Both the position numbers and the translations under genes were made by a program. A stretch of DNA of 64,000 bases, taken from positions 396,304,001-396,368,000 of the forward strand of contig NW_027362761.1 of the NCBI RefSeq assembly GCF_046119375.1, written 5' to 3'. This DNA comes from Phyllobates terribilis. Its lineage: Eukaryota. Below the pieces are notes generated by a model. The model saw nothing but the letters and a program-made list of their open reading frames with translations, had not been told where the DNA came from and did not search any database. Position 1 is the stretch's first letter. The number at the start of each line of letters is the position of its first letter. Positions 11,831 through 25,164 of this stretch are shown here, in pieces.

Positions 11831-14350
11831 ACCCCTTTTTGAAGTGTGACCTAAAAGTAAACATATTTTTAAAAAAATGAAAAAAATAATCCAAAAAAAA
11901 TAAAAATATATTGTACCCATAAATAAATAAATATTATTATGGAAAAAAAAAAAAAAAAACAATCAAAGTTCCCAAATATGGTATTGCCGCGTCAGGAACG
12001 AACTGTCCTATAAAACTGTCCAACTAGTTAACCCCTTTAGTGAACACGGTAACAAAAAAACAAAAAAAAACAAAGCAAAAAAACATGCTTTATCATCATA
12101 CTGCCAAACAAAGAATGCAATAAAACACGATCAAAAAGACGAATGCAAATAAAAATGGTACCACTAAAAACGTCATGTGGTTCTGCAAAAAACAAGCCGC
12201 CATACGGCTCCATCGGCAGAAAAATAAAAAAGTTATGGCTATCATAATAAAGCGATACAAAAAAAAATTTTTTCTATAAAATAGTTTTTATTGTGTAAAA
12301 GCGCCAAAACATTAAAAAAAATATAAATATGGTACCGCTGTAATCATACTGACCCGAAGAATAATGCTGCCTTATCAATTTTACCACACGCGGAACGGTA
12401 TAAAAAAAAAAAATTCCAGAATTGTTGGTTTTTGTTTATTCTCCCTCCCAAAAATTGGAATAGAAAGCGATCAAAAAATGTCACGTGCCCAAAAATGGTA
12501 CCAACTGGTATCAACTTGTCCCGCAAAAAACAAGCCGTCACATGACTCTGTCGGCCGAAATACGGAAAAATTATAGCTCTTAAAATATGGCAATGCAAAA
12601 ACTAGTCTTTGCAACAAAAAAAAGCGTCTTTTAGTGTGTGACAGCTGTCAATAATAAAAACCCGATATGAATCTGGTATCTCTGTAATCGCACCGACCCA
12701 AAGAATAAAGCGGTCTAATCACTTATACCGCATGAGGAACAGCGTAAAAAATAAACTCTAGGGTTAGGGTTGTGCTAGGGTTAGGATTGGGATTTTTTCA
12801 AAAATAAAGAAAAAAAATTACGACGATATGGCGACTAATGTGTAAATGTAAAGTGCTCGGTATTTGAGTTTGCATCGAGTGCTCGGGTATGCACCGAGTA
12901 TCGCGGGTGGTGGAGTGACATGCTTGAGTCTCCTTCCCATATGTTTTCCAGCTGTTATACAGCCAAAAATGGATACATGGTGCATACCTGAGTACCCAAT
13001 GCAAACTCAAGTAGCGAGCACTTGCGCTCAAGACTAATGACAAATTATTCAATATGATGACCTAATGTTATCAATTTCTATGTCGTACCTCTGGGTTCAA
13101 AATGTTCACTATACCCCTTGATAAAATCTGTGAGGGGGCTAGTTTTCAAAATGGGGTCACTTGTGGGGAGTTTCTACTGTTTATGCGCATCAGGAGCTCT
13201 CCAAAACCAACATGGCGTCCACTAATTATTCAAGCAAATTTTACATTCAAAAAGTCAAATGGTTAGCTCTCCCTTCTGAGCCCTGCCGTGTGCCCAAACA
13301 GTGGTTTTCCCCCACATATGGGGTATCGGTTTACTCAGGAGAAATTGCACAACAAACTGCATGGTGCAATTTCTCCTGTTACCCTTATGAAAATGCAAAA
13401 TTGGAGGCTGAAAAACATTTTTGTTGCAAAAATGTGAACATTTTATTTTTATGGCTCAATGTTCTAAACTTCTGTGAAGCACCTGGGGGTTCAAGGTGCT
13501 CACCTCACATCTAGATAAGGTCCCTGAGGGGTCTAGTTTCCAAAATGGTGTCACTTGTGGTGGGTTTCCACTGTTTAGGCACATCAGGGGCTCTCCAAAC
13601 GCAACATGGCGTCCGCTAATTATTCAAGCAAATTTTACATTCAAAAAGTCAAATGGCACTCCTTCCCTTCCGAGCCTTACCGTGTGCCCAAACAGTGGTT
13701 TCTCCCACATATCAGGTATTGAAGTGCTCAGGAGGAATTGCACAACAAATTGCATGATGCAATTTCTCATGTTACCCCTATAAAAAGGCAAAATTGGAGG
13801 CTGAAAAACATTTTTTTTGCAAAAATGTGAAAATTTGATTTTTATGGCTCAATGTTCTAAACTTCTGTGAAGCACCTTGGGGTTCAAGATGCTCACCACA
13901 CATCTAGATAAGTTCCCTGTGGGGTCTAGTTTCCAAAATTGTGTCACTTGTGGGGGGTTTCCATTGTTTATGCACATCAGGGGCTTTCCAAACACAACAT
14001 GGCGTTCGCCAATTATTAAAGCAAATTTTACATTCAAAAAGTCAAATGGCGCTCCTTCCCTTCCGAGCCATACCGTGCACCAAAACAGTGAGTTCCCCCC
14101 ACGTATGGGGCATCGGCGTGCTCAGGAGAAATTGCACAACAAATTTTGGGGTCAATTTTTTCCTGTTACCCTTGCAAAAATAAAATTGGGGTCTAAATTA
14201 ACATTTTTGTGAAAAAAGTTAAATGTTTATTTTTTTCTTCCACATTCCAAAAATTCCTGTGAAGCACCTGAAGGGTTAATAAACTTCTTGAATGTGGTTT
14301 TGAGCATCTTGACGGGTGCAGTTTTAGAAATCGCTGGTCAACTTTTAACC
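11829..14350. mobile_element. piggyBac-like non-autonomous fragment with about 393-bp internal tandem repeats
   Basis: TTAACCCC start; AGTTT(T/C)CAAAAT motif at about 13141, 13535 and 13928. No second end found. Confidence 0.5.
12835..13035. mobile_element. Small degenerate hAT-type MITE
   Basis: Inverted arms GTGCTCGGTATTTGAGTTTGCAT / ATGCAAACTCAAGTAGCGAGCAC; ends GCTCAAGACTA. Confidence 0.55.
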
Positions 14351-15104
14351 CTTATAGCTCACTATCAAAAAAAAATTTTGGTTCCAAAATTGTGACGATG
14401 TAAAGTGGGAAATGTTATGTATTAACTATTTTGTATAATAGCCCCCACATAGTCTTCCATACAGAATTATGGGCAACACATAGTACTCCATACAGAATAA
14501 TGGCCTCCACATTGTCCTCCATACAGAATAATGACCCCCACATAGTCTCCGTACAGGATAATGGGCCCCACATTAAAAATAAATAAATACTCCCCTCTGA
14601 TACATCTCCTGCTACTTCGGTCTCGGTGAGTGCTCTGAAGATCTGCACTGCTTGGCACAGCGGCCGCAAAATAGTGAAGTCATCATGCCCGTTGCTTTGA
14701 GGCATCAGACACATAAGAAGCATCAGATGCAGAGAGGCATCAAACACATAAGAAGCATCAGATGCAGAGGGAAAATAATGGTAGAGGGGCAGAAGGAGAT
14801 TTCTTCATTGATTTCAACTGTATCGGTATCCAGAGTACAATTGAAAATGCAATGCCTAGCGAGGGAATTGTGCCAAAAATAATCACCCTGTGGGCCAAAT
14901 TTGGCCCGTGGGCCAGAGTTTGACATGTATGATTTACACTGAGTGATGCATTGCATTATACAACCACTGAGAAGCAACATGTTTGCTCATTGGTGGTCAT
15001 TTAAAAGCCTTTTCACAAAAGTCATAAATTTGGGGTTTACCCTAATAGGTGAAACTTCTTTTAATTCATATGTTTACAATTTGAGTGCCTCCTAGGCACA
15101 CAAG

Positions 15105-15188
15105 AAAAATTCAACAAATAAATTGGCGAATATTTCAAATTCGGTGATCGTAATCCGAATTGAATATTGAAACATTCGCTCATCTCTA
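15105..15188. mobile_element. Isolated hAT-family terminus
   Basis: CGAAT/ATTCG-rich stretch ending GCTCATCTCTA. Confidence 0.6.
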
Positions 15189-18100
15189 CTCTATACAATC
15201 AACCTCCTACACCACCAAATCATCTAATCTTTTACATAGCAGCCTTTCAATTCAATCAATGACACATCTTTCTCTTTGGACTTTTAGTCCCTTAACTAAT
15301 ATCACTCTGTGGCTAAGGAAGATAATTCACAACAACAAATTCTTCCCTTTAATTTTTTGGATAAGATGGACTGGCAGCCATTGTACTTGGATGACTTGCA
15401 TGAAGAGATAGAGGACATTATTCAAATGCCTATCTGCAAGCCATGGTACTAGGGTTACTCTTCCAATGGTAGTGAAACTCTGAGTGAGGGCAAATCTAGA
15501 GCTGTGAATCAGGATTGGGGAAAGGTAGTTTAGGACATTTTCCACACTAAGACTACTGTAAGCTGAGCCAAGGAAAATCCTGCTGATGATGATTGGCAAC
15601 CAGTTCCGAGTCGAGTCAGCAAAGCCTATGTCCAGCCATTTTATGGAGGAAAATATTTTTTTTCTGCAGTAAGCTTGGAAGCAGCTGTAGTCACCACTGA
15701 TGTTGGTGTAGCAGACTCAACTGCACCTGAAAGTCCTGATGATGGTCATTCCTATTTGCGGATATCTCAGGTGTGAGAATTCTTCTCCACATTGCCAGAA
15801 GGCCAATCTATTGGAGTGTGTTGGCTCTGCTTTTGGGAAATAAGCCATGGACATATTGTCATATATCAACTAGAACTACGACTCTTTGTCTGCAAATGAA
15901 ACAGCATCACCTGATCAGCTTTCCTCCTTTTTCTCCTTATTATCCTTATCAGTCTCTTTTAGAAGAGAATCCTTATTCTCTGTTTCTCTTGGTCTGGAAA
16001 CTACGTTGCCCACAGAAAATACCATCCAAACTTGATATGACACTAAATCACAATGTTGTTTTCAAAAGAATGAATGACCAACATCAAGTCCAGGACCCTG
16101 TGTATCAATTATAAAATGAATGGTCAATCAGGTTTGGAGTAGAGCACATGCTAGGCAGGTGAATTCTGAATTTGCAACCATGCAGGAAATTTAATTTGTT
16201 GTTATGGACTTACAGGCAACAACAGAATGGCTAAAAGACTAAATGTTCATTTACATTAAACAATTAACGAAAAAAAATAAATGAATAAACTTGAACAAGC
16301 ATTCCTAGGAATGCTTACTTTGCATGACAATTTTACATTGTAAACAAGTTGCTGATCACTTGATGAATAAGCAAAGCACTTGTTTATCTGATGCAGTGAT
16401 CTTTTGTCCTGCGCAACATATAGAATACTAGGATGCAATCCTGCAGAACTCGGAGTGTTGTATCTTTTCTTAGCAATTAGAGAGTATAGAGATTCACTGC
16501 AAATCAATTCGTTACAAGTCAAATTTGTGGGGAAAAAAATTAATTGACCTTAATGAACTCAAAATTAAACAAATTTATCTATAATAAAATGTATTTTCTG
16601 CAACAGTTAAAAAGTAGTGTTATTCCTCATTGATTGCTTTGCACTTTTACGTTGGACAATTTACATTATGGACGATTGTAATCATTCAGGTCCTATTCAT
16701 AATTGCTATATGTTAATAGATCTTTAGTTACAGCTGTTTCCTGTCATATGAGTGAAAACATAATATTTTGGAAATAAGTGCAGTATATTGTAGTATGAAA
16801 TCTATATCCATAGGATCCCATAAAAGCAAAAACAGCAAACATACTTATGAGCAACACCTGCTTTGTGTCTCTATCAATTTGTGGCTTATGTGGGGGAGGG
16901 AGAACGGAATATTGAAGACATCTGCTACTGAGCTTTAAATATAAACACACAAAAGCAGAGTTAAGAAACAGATTAGAAAATACATTTTTAATTAATTTTA
17001 AAAATATCTATTTTGAAAAAGTTATATCACATTAAGAAGTATGTCTTAATAGTACACTATTTCTTCCTTATGCTGGTTCCTAAGGTTTTCATTCACTTGT
17101 GTTTTGTTGTAATCCTTACATCTCTATATATCTGTTACTAGATCAAATTTTGACCATAATGGAGAAGGATTAAGACATAAAGAAACAAAAAAACAAACAA
17201 GCGATAAATCAAAGCAGATTTAAAGACAACGTATAAAAGTTTTACATTCTTTTTAACGATTGATTAAATCATAGTCTCTCGTATATGTATCTAATATGAC
17301 TCTTATACATGATCCTCAACCGAGTATTGAAGTCCACGGCTAAACCCTCTCTTTTCATCTATAGCTCAGTCTTGATGTTAATCCATAATGCTTTTAGTGC
17401 TGGTCATGAACACAAGACTATGGAACTCATTAAAGTAAAAATGCTGAGGTTTTTGAAAACCTTATTTAAGCTACAAATTTTTTTTGCAACACGGGCTTCA
17501 AATTTTCTTTTAGAAAGTAAAAATTAGAAATAAATCTCAAAGATGTGAAAGGAAAAAAAAAGGGAAAAAAGTTTCCTTGTTCTCTTATTGACATTCACCA
17601 GATTGTGGCTTGTGCCTGTGGCTCACACTACATCAGGAGACAGTAAACCTCTAAGATCACACAACTATTTCATTTTTTCCATTCCCAAAATAACATGCTC
17701 CCATGATTAGATTTGGTTTCCACACATCTGCTTGCCCACTGCTCATGAAGGGTCGGTGCTAGAAGAGCAGCAGCTGCCTTCATCATACAGGAGCTGAGAG
17801 AAAGCAACCAGATTTCACACTTTGAAATGCTAGTTGAGCAATTAGCTAATGATTAGAGCTTTGTTTGAAATAATAGGCTCACTACTACAGTCACCTAAGT
17901 GCTCCCATATCACATAATAGCTTTTCCCATACCTCAGTGAGTGGTGATCTACTGATTTGGGATGTTGTAATAGAGGGATTTCCCCTGAGCTCTGCAGACT
18001 AAGTGAATGTTAAACTACCAAGCACATTTCATAAAAATGTAAAAAATAGATCTTTAAAAATAGAAGGGACTTTAACTACTTCTCAACAATGTTGTAATAT

Positions 18101-18639
18101 ATCACAGTTTTATTGCCAGAAAAGTAAACGTTATCATCATTAAGTTAGAGGAATCAATAATTAATTGATGCAGGTTCAGAGTAGGAAGCTGTGCAGTGTA
18201 TCGGGAGAATTTATAATAAATCGCAGTGTTACAAGGTGCTGATATTACATTAATATTTATTGTAATTTAATAAGTCGTATATACTATTTTTTTAGCATGA
18301 TCAAATTAATTTTAAATAGATATGTAGCTTGAATATCTGTGAATAAACAATGGCAATACACGTGACAATGGAAATTATTAATGTAAAGTGTGAATAAAAA
18401 TATGTTCCATTCCTTTTCTGGTTTAGAAAACCTATGTTCAAATACCCATGAGCACACAGTGCCCAACATAAAGGAGTACATCCCAACAGATTTGTCAGAA
18501 AACCTTTAGTTTCCTTTGAGAATCACCATTTTCTATGGGATGCCTTCTACAAAATGTTCCCAAAAAGTGGGCCATTGATTGCAAAAAAAGATCTGTTATT
18601 TTACACACCCAAAAAAATCTATTTTACTAACAAATTCAT

Positions 18640-19703
18640 TCAAGACCATGTTGCAAAAATGAGTACACCCAATAAAAGTCTCAGGAGCAAAGCTACAGTT
18701 TAGACAACAAAATTCTAATTAACAATAGTTTAACTACAGGTAAGTCTAATTATTCATTAAAGACGTGTCCACAAGACAGTTGACTATAAAAAGGCATTAC
18801 TTAATAAAAAGTAATGCTTTCATGCTGTCAGCAATAGCACCACATGGAAGAGAAATGTCACAAGGCCAGAGAAAGAATATTACTTCTTTACTCAAGAAAA
18901 GTGAAGGCTACAAGAAGATCAGCAAAGCTTTTCTTATCAGTCAGAATACTGTGGCAAAAGTGATGCAAAAATGTAACAAAGATAATACTGCAACCTTCTC
19001 ACAGAGACATTCAGACCAACCAAAGAAGTTAATACCTACACAGAAGCATCTTATAATGAGAAGGGTTGATAAAAATTGAATGCAAGTTCGCTGCAGTTAG
19101 CTAAAGAAGTAGAAAGCCAAACAGGGTGTGTTTCCTGTGACACAATACAGCGTACGTTGCAGAGGAATGGTATGCATGGGTGCTGTCCATGAAAGAAGCC
19201 TCTCCTAAAGCCAATGCACAAAAGCCCACCTACAATTTGCCAGGAAAACATGCTGCTGAATAATTCTGCATGACTTGACAAAGGGTGTTGATATTCTTAG
19301 ATCACACCCTTCCTCATTACACAAATACACATCACCTGGTATGCTTCAAACCAATATGCATTCAAGATTATACAGTTTGGAGTTTGAAAATTTGCATAAA
19401 ATTGATGATTTGATCAAAAGAGCATCCCCCTCAATTTAGCTTTCAGGTTCTAAAAGAGGTCGTTCTTGAAGAATGGAAAAAGTTAAATGTTGCAATATAT
19501 TGCCCACTTGTTTGTTCCATGCCTAGAATACTTGGTGCTGTAATGAAAGCTATATTACTTACCTTACTTTTTTGCTATGGGTTAAAAAAATGTTCTGTGA
19601 AAATCAGTCTGGTGAAAATCTTGAAAATTGATTTTGTGTTTAGTGAGATATTGATTAGAATCTTACTTTTCATAGTGGGTATACTCATTTATGCTGAATA
19701 CTG
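18640..19703 (+). mobile_element. Old internally deleted Tc1
   Basis: EGYKKISKAF, KKPLLKP and PRILGAV fragments; degenerate TIRs GAGTACACCC / GGGTATACTC. Confidence 0.7.
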
Positions 19704-20204
19704 TATGAGACCTAGCTAACACCAGAAGACTGAAGAGAAGACCAAAGAAAAGACCAAAGAAAAGACTGAACCAAAACAAGCAGAGGACTGGGTGGCAAGA
19801 AAGTAATGCGGCAGGCCCCTTTCCTACTCCATTTATTATGGTTTGAGAGAGATCAAGAAGCAAACATATCTGAGGGACCTTTCAACAAAAATATATTATC
19901 TAATAAAAACCTCAGTATGTTTTATTGCTTGAATTTATATTTTTTAATCCCAAAACTCATTAATGTATATCAAATATTTTCACTAGGTCTTGTTGATGAA
20001 CCTTTCTTAACAGATGCAGTATTGGATGGAGTTCTAGGCTTTATTAAAAGGAGTAGGACTCTAAAATGCTTAAGATGTCTTGAACAAGGGTAATCTAAAA
20101 TAAGTTAGCTCTATTTTTTAAGCTTAGATAGTGCCAACATATTTTGCAGCACGTTACAGACATAATCATCACTATCATTATTAGGGCTCACAATCCAAAT
20201 TCTT

Positions 20205-20325
20205 TATCATGGTTTTTGGAGTGTGAGAGCAAAGTGGATTACCCAGAAGAAACTCACACAAACATAGAGAGAACATACAAACATATTGTCCTTGGTGCAA
20301 TTTGAACCCAGGACCCTAGTACTGC
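20205..20325 (-). mobile_element. tRNA-derived SINE fragment
   Basis: Reverse B-box-like ATTTGAACCCAGG plus GAGAACATACAAAC core resembling amphibian/fish SINEs. Confidence 0.55.
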
Positions 20326-20896
20326 CCTTAAATAGTGCTTTAATGAAATGCTAGTGATATAGATTTCTTAAGAGCCATTATGCCTAATCTGAAAAACATT
20401 TTAGGAAGCAGTAATATTCTTCATTTAGATTTATTTTCATCACCATGATCAAGACATATTGTTAACATTGCAAATTGACATCAGTTTTAATTAATATTTA
20501 ATATTATTTATGATAAAGTCATTTTAAATCACTAGAAAATATAAAGATAAAATGAACATTTATGTTGTCAGTGCTTTATTCCTTTTTTTAAATAATAAAT
20601 GTTTTTGTCAGTTATGTCCTACAATGGTCAGACAGTGCAATCTGCCACACGCCTCCTAGACCTCCTTTATTTTCATGTCTGTCAGTTCACTTATCTCCTT
20701 TCCAATCTGTCCCATGCATCTGTCACTGTGTTCTGTCACAGTTGTAATCTTCTAACCTGCATTTCAATGCCATCCAATGCAACACTACAGGATCTGGCAT
20801 CAATTAATATATATATGAACCAACAATGGTTAAGAATAGAAAGAAAATTCACGTAGTAATGGTATATTACATATAATGATATATAATATATAAGAT

Positions 20897-20897
20897 C

Positions 20898-20929
<32 letters not shown>

Positions 20930-20930
20930 T
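20897..20930. repeat. (GATA)n microsatellite
   Basis: Direct reading. Confidence 0.9.
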
Positions 20931-21669
20931 TTTATACCTAAGACCATAAGCAGATATTTGTAATCGCATTGGGAAGATGCAAATAAATATCAAAGACACA
21001 TATCCCAATATGCCTCTAATTATATACGGTAGTTCTTTGAATATATGCAACTAATGATTTCATATGTGTATAAATCCTTAATATTCATCATTGCCAATAT
21101 TTAAATAGGAAGATTAACCACACAACATTTAACAAGATGTATAGTGTTCAGATGTATGTAAATTGCCCTTTATGTAATTTTTTATTTGCAATGAAGTTGA
21201 CGCAAGTCTGGAGTACAGAGGAGGAGATCGATCCATGGAGGATCAAGTTCAAGTCGAATTTCCTGAAATTCACTCAAATTTGAACCTTTTTTGATATTCA
21301 GTTTGCAGTTGTGAAAAAAAAATACCTGCCACCATTTCCCACACTGCTGAAGCATCAGAAAAGAGGCTAATGTCCTTTTGCGTTGCCATGTGGGCATCCC
21401 TATGTTGTCCTGCAGCTATGATATCTTCCGGATTATTATACCTTGTATGGTCAACAGGGTTCTTTCTCTCTCTCTCCTGTAGAGTGTTAGACTCTTATGA
21501 TCAGCAGTATCCTCTTATTCTCTCCTGCAGAGTATACACTCTTATGATCGGCTGTGTCACCTCTTTCTTTCCTGTAAAGTGTAAGCTCTTAAGGACAGCA
21601 ATGTTCTCTTCCTCTGTCTCCTCTTCCCCACATATATTTTCTGAGCATTTTCAAGCTTTCCAGTATTGA

Positions 21670-21760
21670 GATTCATGCAAATGTATTCGTCACAAATCAA
21701 ATTTGGGAGAAGTTTAGCAAAGTCGGCAAATTTGAGATTCAAAAGATTCGCTCATCTCTA
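21670..21760. mobile_element. Isolated hAT-family terminus
   Basis: ATTCG-type motifs ending GCTCATCTCTA at 21750-21760. Confidence 0.55.
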
Positions 21761-22085
21761 GTCTGGAATCCTGTTATTACACAAGGAATGAATGGTAAAT
21801 CATGTAATTGTGAACCAGACTAAGAAGTTAGCATGCTACTAATAGAACAAAAAAAATTATATATTAACTAAGAATAATGATTAATCCTTGTAATAATTAC
21901 CATCTATAATGATAATAATAAATATTCCTAACATCATGTGTCATATGATGGTATTTATTAAACTAATATTATGTATCTATGCTGAATTATTTGGTTTGTA
22001 ATAATACAGTCACTGCAGCTTGCACCTGTTTATCTGCACCATTTTTCTGTTAGGGGGTGCTAGTCAGTCTTTGTTTTTTGTACTA

Positions 22086-23532
22086 CCTTATTTTTAAGAC
22101 TATAAGACGCAAAATTTTGGAGGAAAATGCGGGGTGCGTCTTACTATAGTTCAAATATTGGGTGGGTATAAATATATACTGTGTGGGGTGTGGGGGAAGC
22201 AGTAGAAGCAGAGAAGCGGGGCACAGGAGGCAGCAGCTGTCTGCTGCAGCCTATACTATCCCCGCTGCTAAAGATAATGAATATTCACTGCTCCCCACAC
22301 CCATGGATGTGGGGAGCAGTGAATATTCATTGTCCTTAATAGCCAGCACACAGTGTAGCCGCAGCGCTGCTCCTGCTGCTGCCGGGCGATCGTGTGTGCC
22401 CGCTATTAAAGGGTATGAATATTCACCCCCTCTCCACGCCCATGGAAGTGGAGAGGGGTGAATATTCATGCCCTTTAATAACGGCTACACGCGATCGCCC
22501 GGCAGCAGCAGGAGAGGCCCTGAGGCTTCGCTGTGTGCCGGTTATTAAGGAGCATGAAGTCACTGCTCACCATGCGTACAGTCCCGGCGTAGGAAGCAGT
22601 GACTTTTCCAGCAGTGATGCCATGCGCGGCTAACATGGCAAGATCAGTGCGGGCAGACAGAACGCAGCGCTGGAGGAGAGAGAAGGAAGGTGAGTAGGAG
22701 TATTTATTTTTTTTATGTGCAGCGTGATAGGGATTAGGGGGGCCATACATACCAGAATAAGGCTGAGGGGGCCATTCATACCAGAATAAGGATGAGGGGG
22801 CATGCATACCAGGATAAGGATGAGGGGACCATGTATACCAGGATAAGGATGAGGGGACCATGCATACCAGGATAATGATGAGGGGGCCATGCATACCAGG
22901 ATAAGGATGAGGGGGCCGTGCATACCAGGATAAGGATGAGGGGTGCCATGCATACCAGGATAGGGATGAGGGGTGCCATGAATACCAGGATAGGGATGAG
23001 GGGTGTCATGCATACCAGGATGGGGATTGCTGTGCCATTCATACCAAGATGGGTATTGCTATGCCATGCATACCAGGATAAGGATGAGGGGTGCCATGCA
23101 TACTTGGATAAGGATGAGGGTTGCCATGCATACCAGGATAGGGATGAGGGGTGCCATGCATACCAGGATGGGGTTTGCTGTGCCATGCATACCAGGATAG
23201 GGATGAGGGGTGCCATGCATACAAGGATGGAGGGGTGCCATGCATATCAGTATGGAGGGGCGCCACGCATGTCAGGATGGAGGGGTGCCATGCACACCAG
23301 GATGGGGATGGGCCAACGTATAATAGGAAGGGGGGTATATATACCAGGATGGGGGATATTAACAGAATTTGAGGATATTACCCTTATACCAGTGTCAGCA
23401 GCAGACCCACTCCCCTTTAACAGTGCATTGTGATCACATTTTTTGCTTCTTTTTTGCTTTTTTTCTATTTTCCTCCTCTAAAACCTAGGTGCGTCTTATG
23501 GTCCAGTGCGTCTTATAGTCCGAAAAAAAAGG
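22086..23532. mobile_element. pogo/Tigger-like non-autonomous element with internal about 30-bp minisatellite (22740-23350)
   Basis: GACTATAAGACGC ... GCGTCTTATAGTC termini flanked by TA; unit CCATGCATACCAGGATAAGGATGAGGGG. Confidence 0.75.
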
Positions 23533-24123
23533 TATATATCGGAGGTGGTAACTGCATCCAAATTTGACTGTGCACCCCTCCTATCAGTCGAAGGCTGTTT
23601 TCAATTAATGCTAGATCCTACGTCCCCTGTAAATTTGTAAGCTTTTAGCCAAGGAAAGGTTTATTTGATAAATATCAGGTCAGGGTCCCATCAGAGAAAT
23701 GTATCCCTTGTCGTGGCTGTTGGCCACACATGAAAGGGTCAATTTGAGAACTAAGTACCTTCATTTTATAAGTATATTTATATAACAATAATTCAGATTA
23801 TATTTCACTATTTTTGAAAAGATGCTGGTCAGTCTTAGGTTGTTTTTTTTTTATCTATCTATAGAAACAAAAAACTGATCAGTATGAATTGGCTAATTTG
23901 TGCACTATGTACCTTCACTTTATAAGTACAGTATATTCTATATACTTTAGTTGCTGTACTCTTTAGTTTATATGTAATACAGTCGCGGCAGCTTCCAACT
24001 GTTCATAATTCTCTTATTCTGTAAGAAGGTGCTGGTCAGTTTTCTGTTTTTTTGTAGATTACATTTGGAGGTGATGACTGCCTACTTAGTTGGTTTAGCT
24101 ACTGAGAGGCATATCTGATACAA

Positions 24124-24412
24124 ATCCAAACTATAGTAAAAAAAAAAGCAGCACTCACCATTTCCAAAAGTTAAAGTATTTTATTGTAGTAATAGAGACA
24201 TGCTGGTGGCATGCAGGAAGTGCGGGGGAATTACGACGACAGCCATTTCACTTCTACTTTGACTCCGGAAGCGTCAGAGTAGACTCGAAACGACCGTCGT
24301 CCTAATTCCTCAGCATTCCCTGCACACCACCAGCATGTCTCGATTACCACAATAAAGGACTTTTACTTTTGGAAATGGGGAGTGCTACTTTTTATCTTAC
24401 TATAGTTTGGAT
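24124..24412. repeat. 289-bp foldback (palindromic) element
   Basis: ATCCAAACTATAGTAA ... TTACTATAGTTTGGAT, with arms continuing to the centre. Confidence 0.85.
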
Positions 24413-25164
24413 GGACTACAATCTACTTTAGTTTTGCACCACCTTATTCCACTTTTTTGACATGGCAAATTGTTCATATAAGGGAGATTTTTTATAAAGC
24501 AACGGTTTGATGCCGCAGACTGTCTCTATTGTGCATATCTCATAGAAATGTTTAGGGTTCATCCAGAGAAAAACTGCTTTGTTGTGACTGGTGGGCACAC
24601 ATGAATTGGCCAATTTGTTTGCTATTTAACTTCATTTTATAAATATATTCTATATAGCAGTAATGCGGTTTAAATTTCATACATTCCAAATTTGCATATA
24701 TCTTAGTGTATAAAGAGTGCTACTGTATTCTTTGGCTTGCATCTATCTAGCTACAAAAAATCAAGTAACTAACCAACACCTCCAGAAAAAAGCAAGTGTG
24801 AGCAGGCACAAGCTGCTATGACTGCATAATATACAAACAAACGAATACAGCAGCCTTTTATAAGTGCTAAGATGTATGTAATAATTGAATATATGAAATT
24901 TGGGCTACATTACTGCTATATAGTATTTACTTATAAAATGAAGGTACTAAGTCCACAAATTGTCCAATTCTTGTCCAAGGTACGACTTGTGACAGCTGGT
25001 AAGCTCTCAAGGTTTTTCCAATTAATGCTCTAAGTACCTTAATTTTATATGTATATTCTATATAGCAGTAATGCAGTAAAAATTTCATATATTAAATGTT
25101 TGCATACATCTTAGTGCTTACAAAGCCTGCTGTATTCTTTTGCGTCTATCTATATGTCTATCTA

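Noticed and set aside
15367-15670. Protein-like frame MDWQPLYLDDLHEEIED..DDDWQPVP
   Set aside because: Several stops and no recognisable family; at best an unidentified relic.
22475-23433. Long Pro/His/Met-rich ORFs
   Set aside because: Translations of the 30-bp minisatellite.
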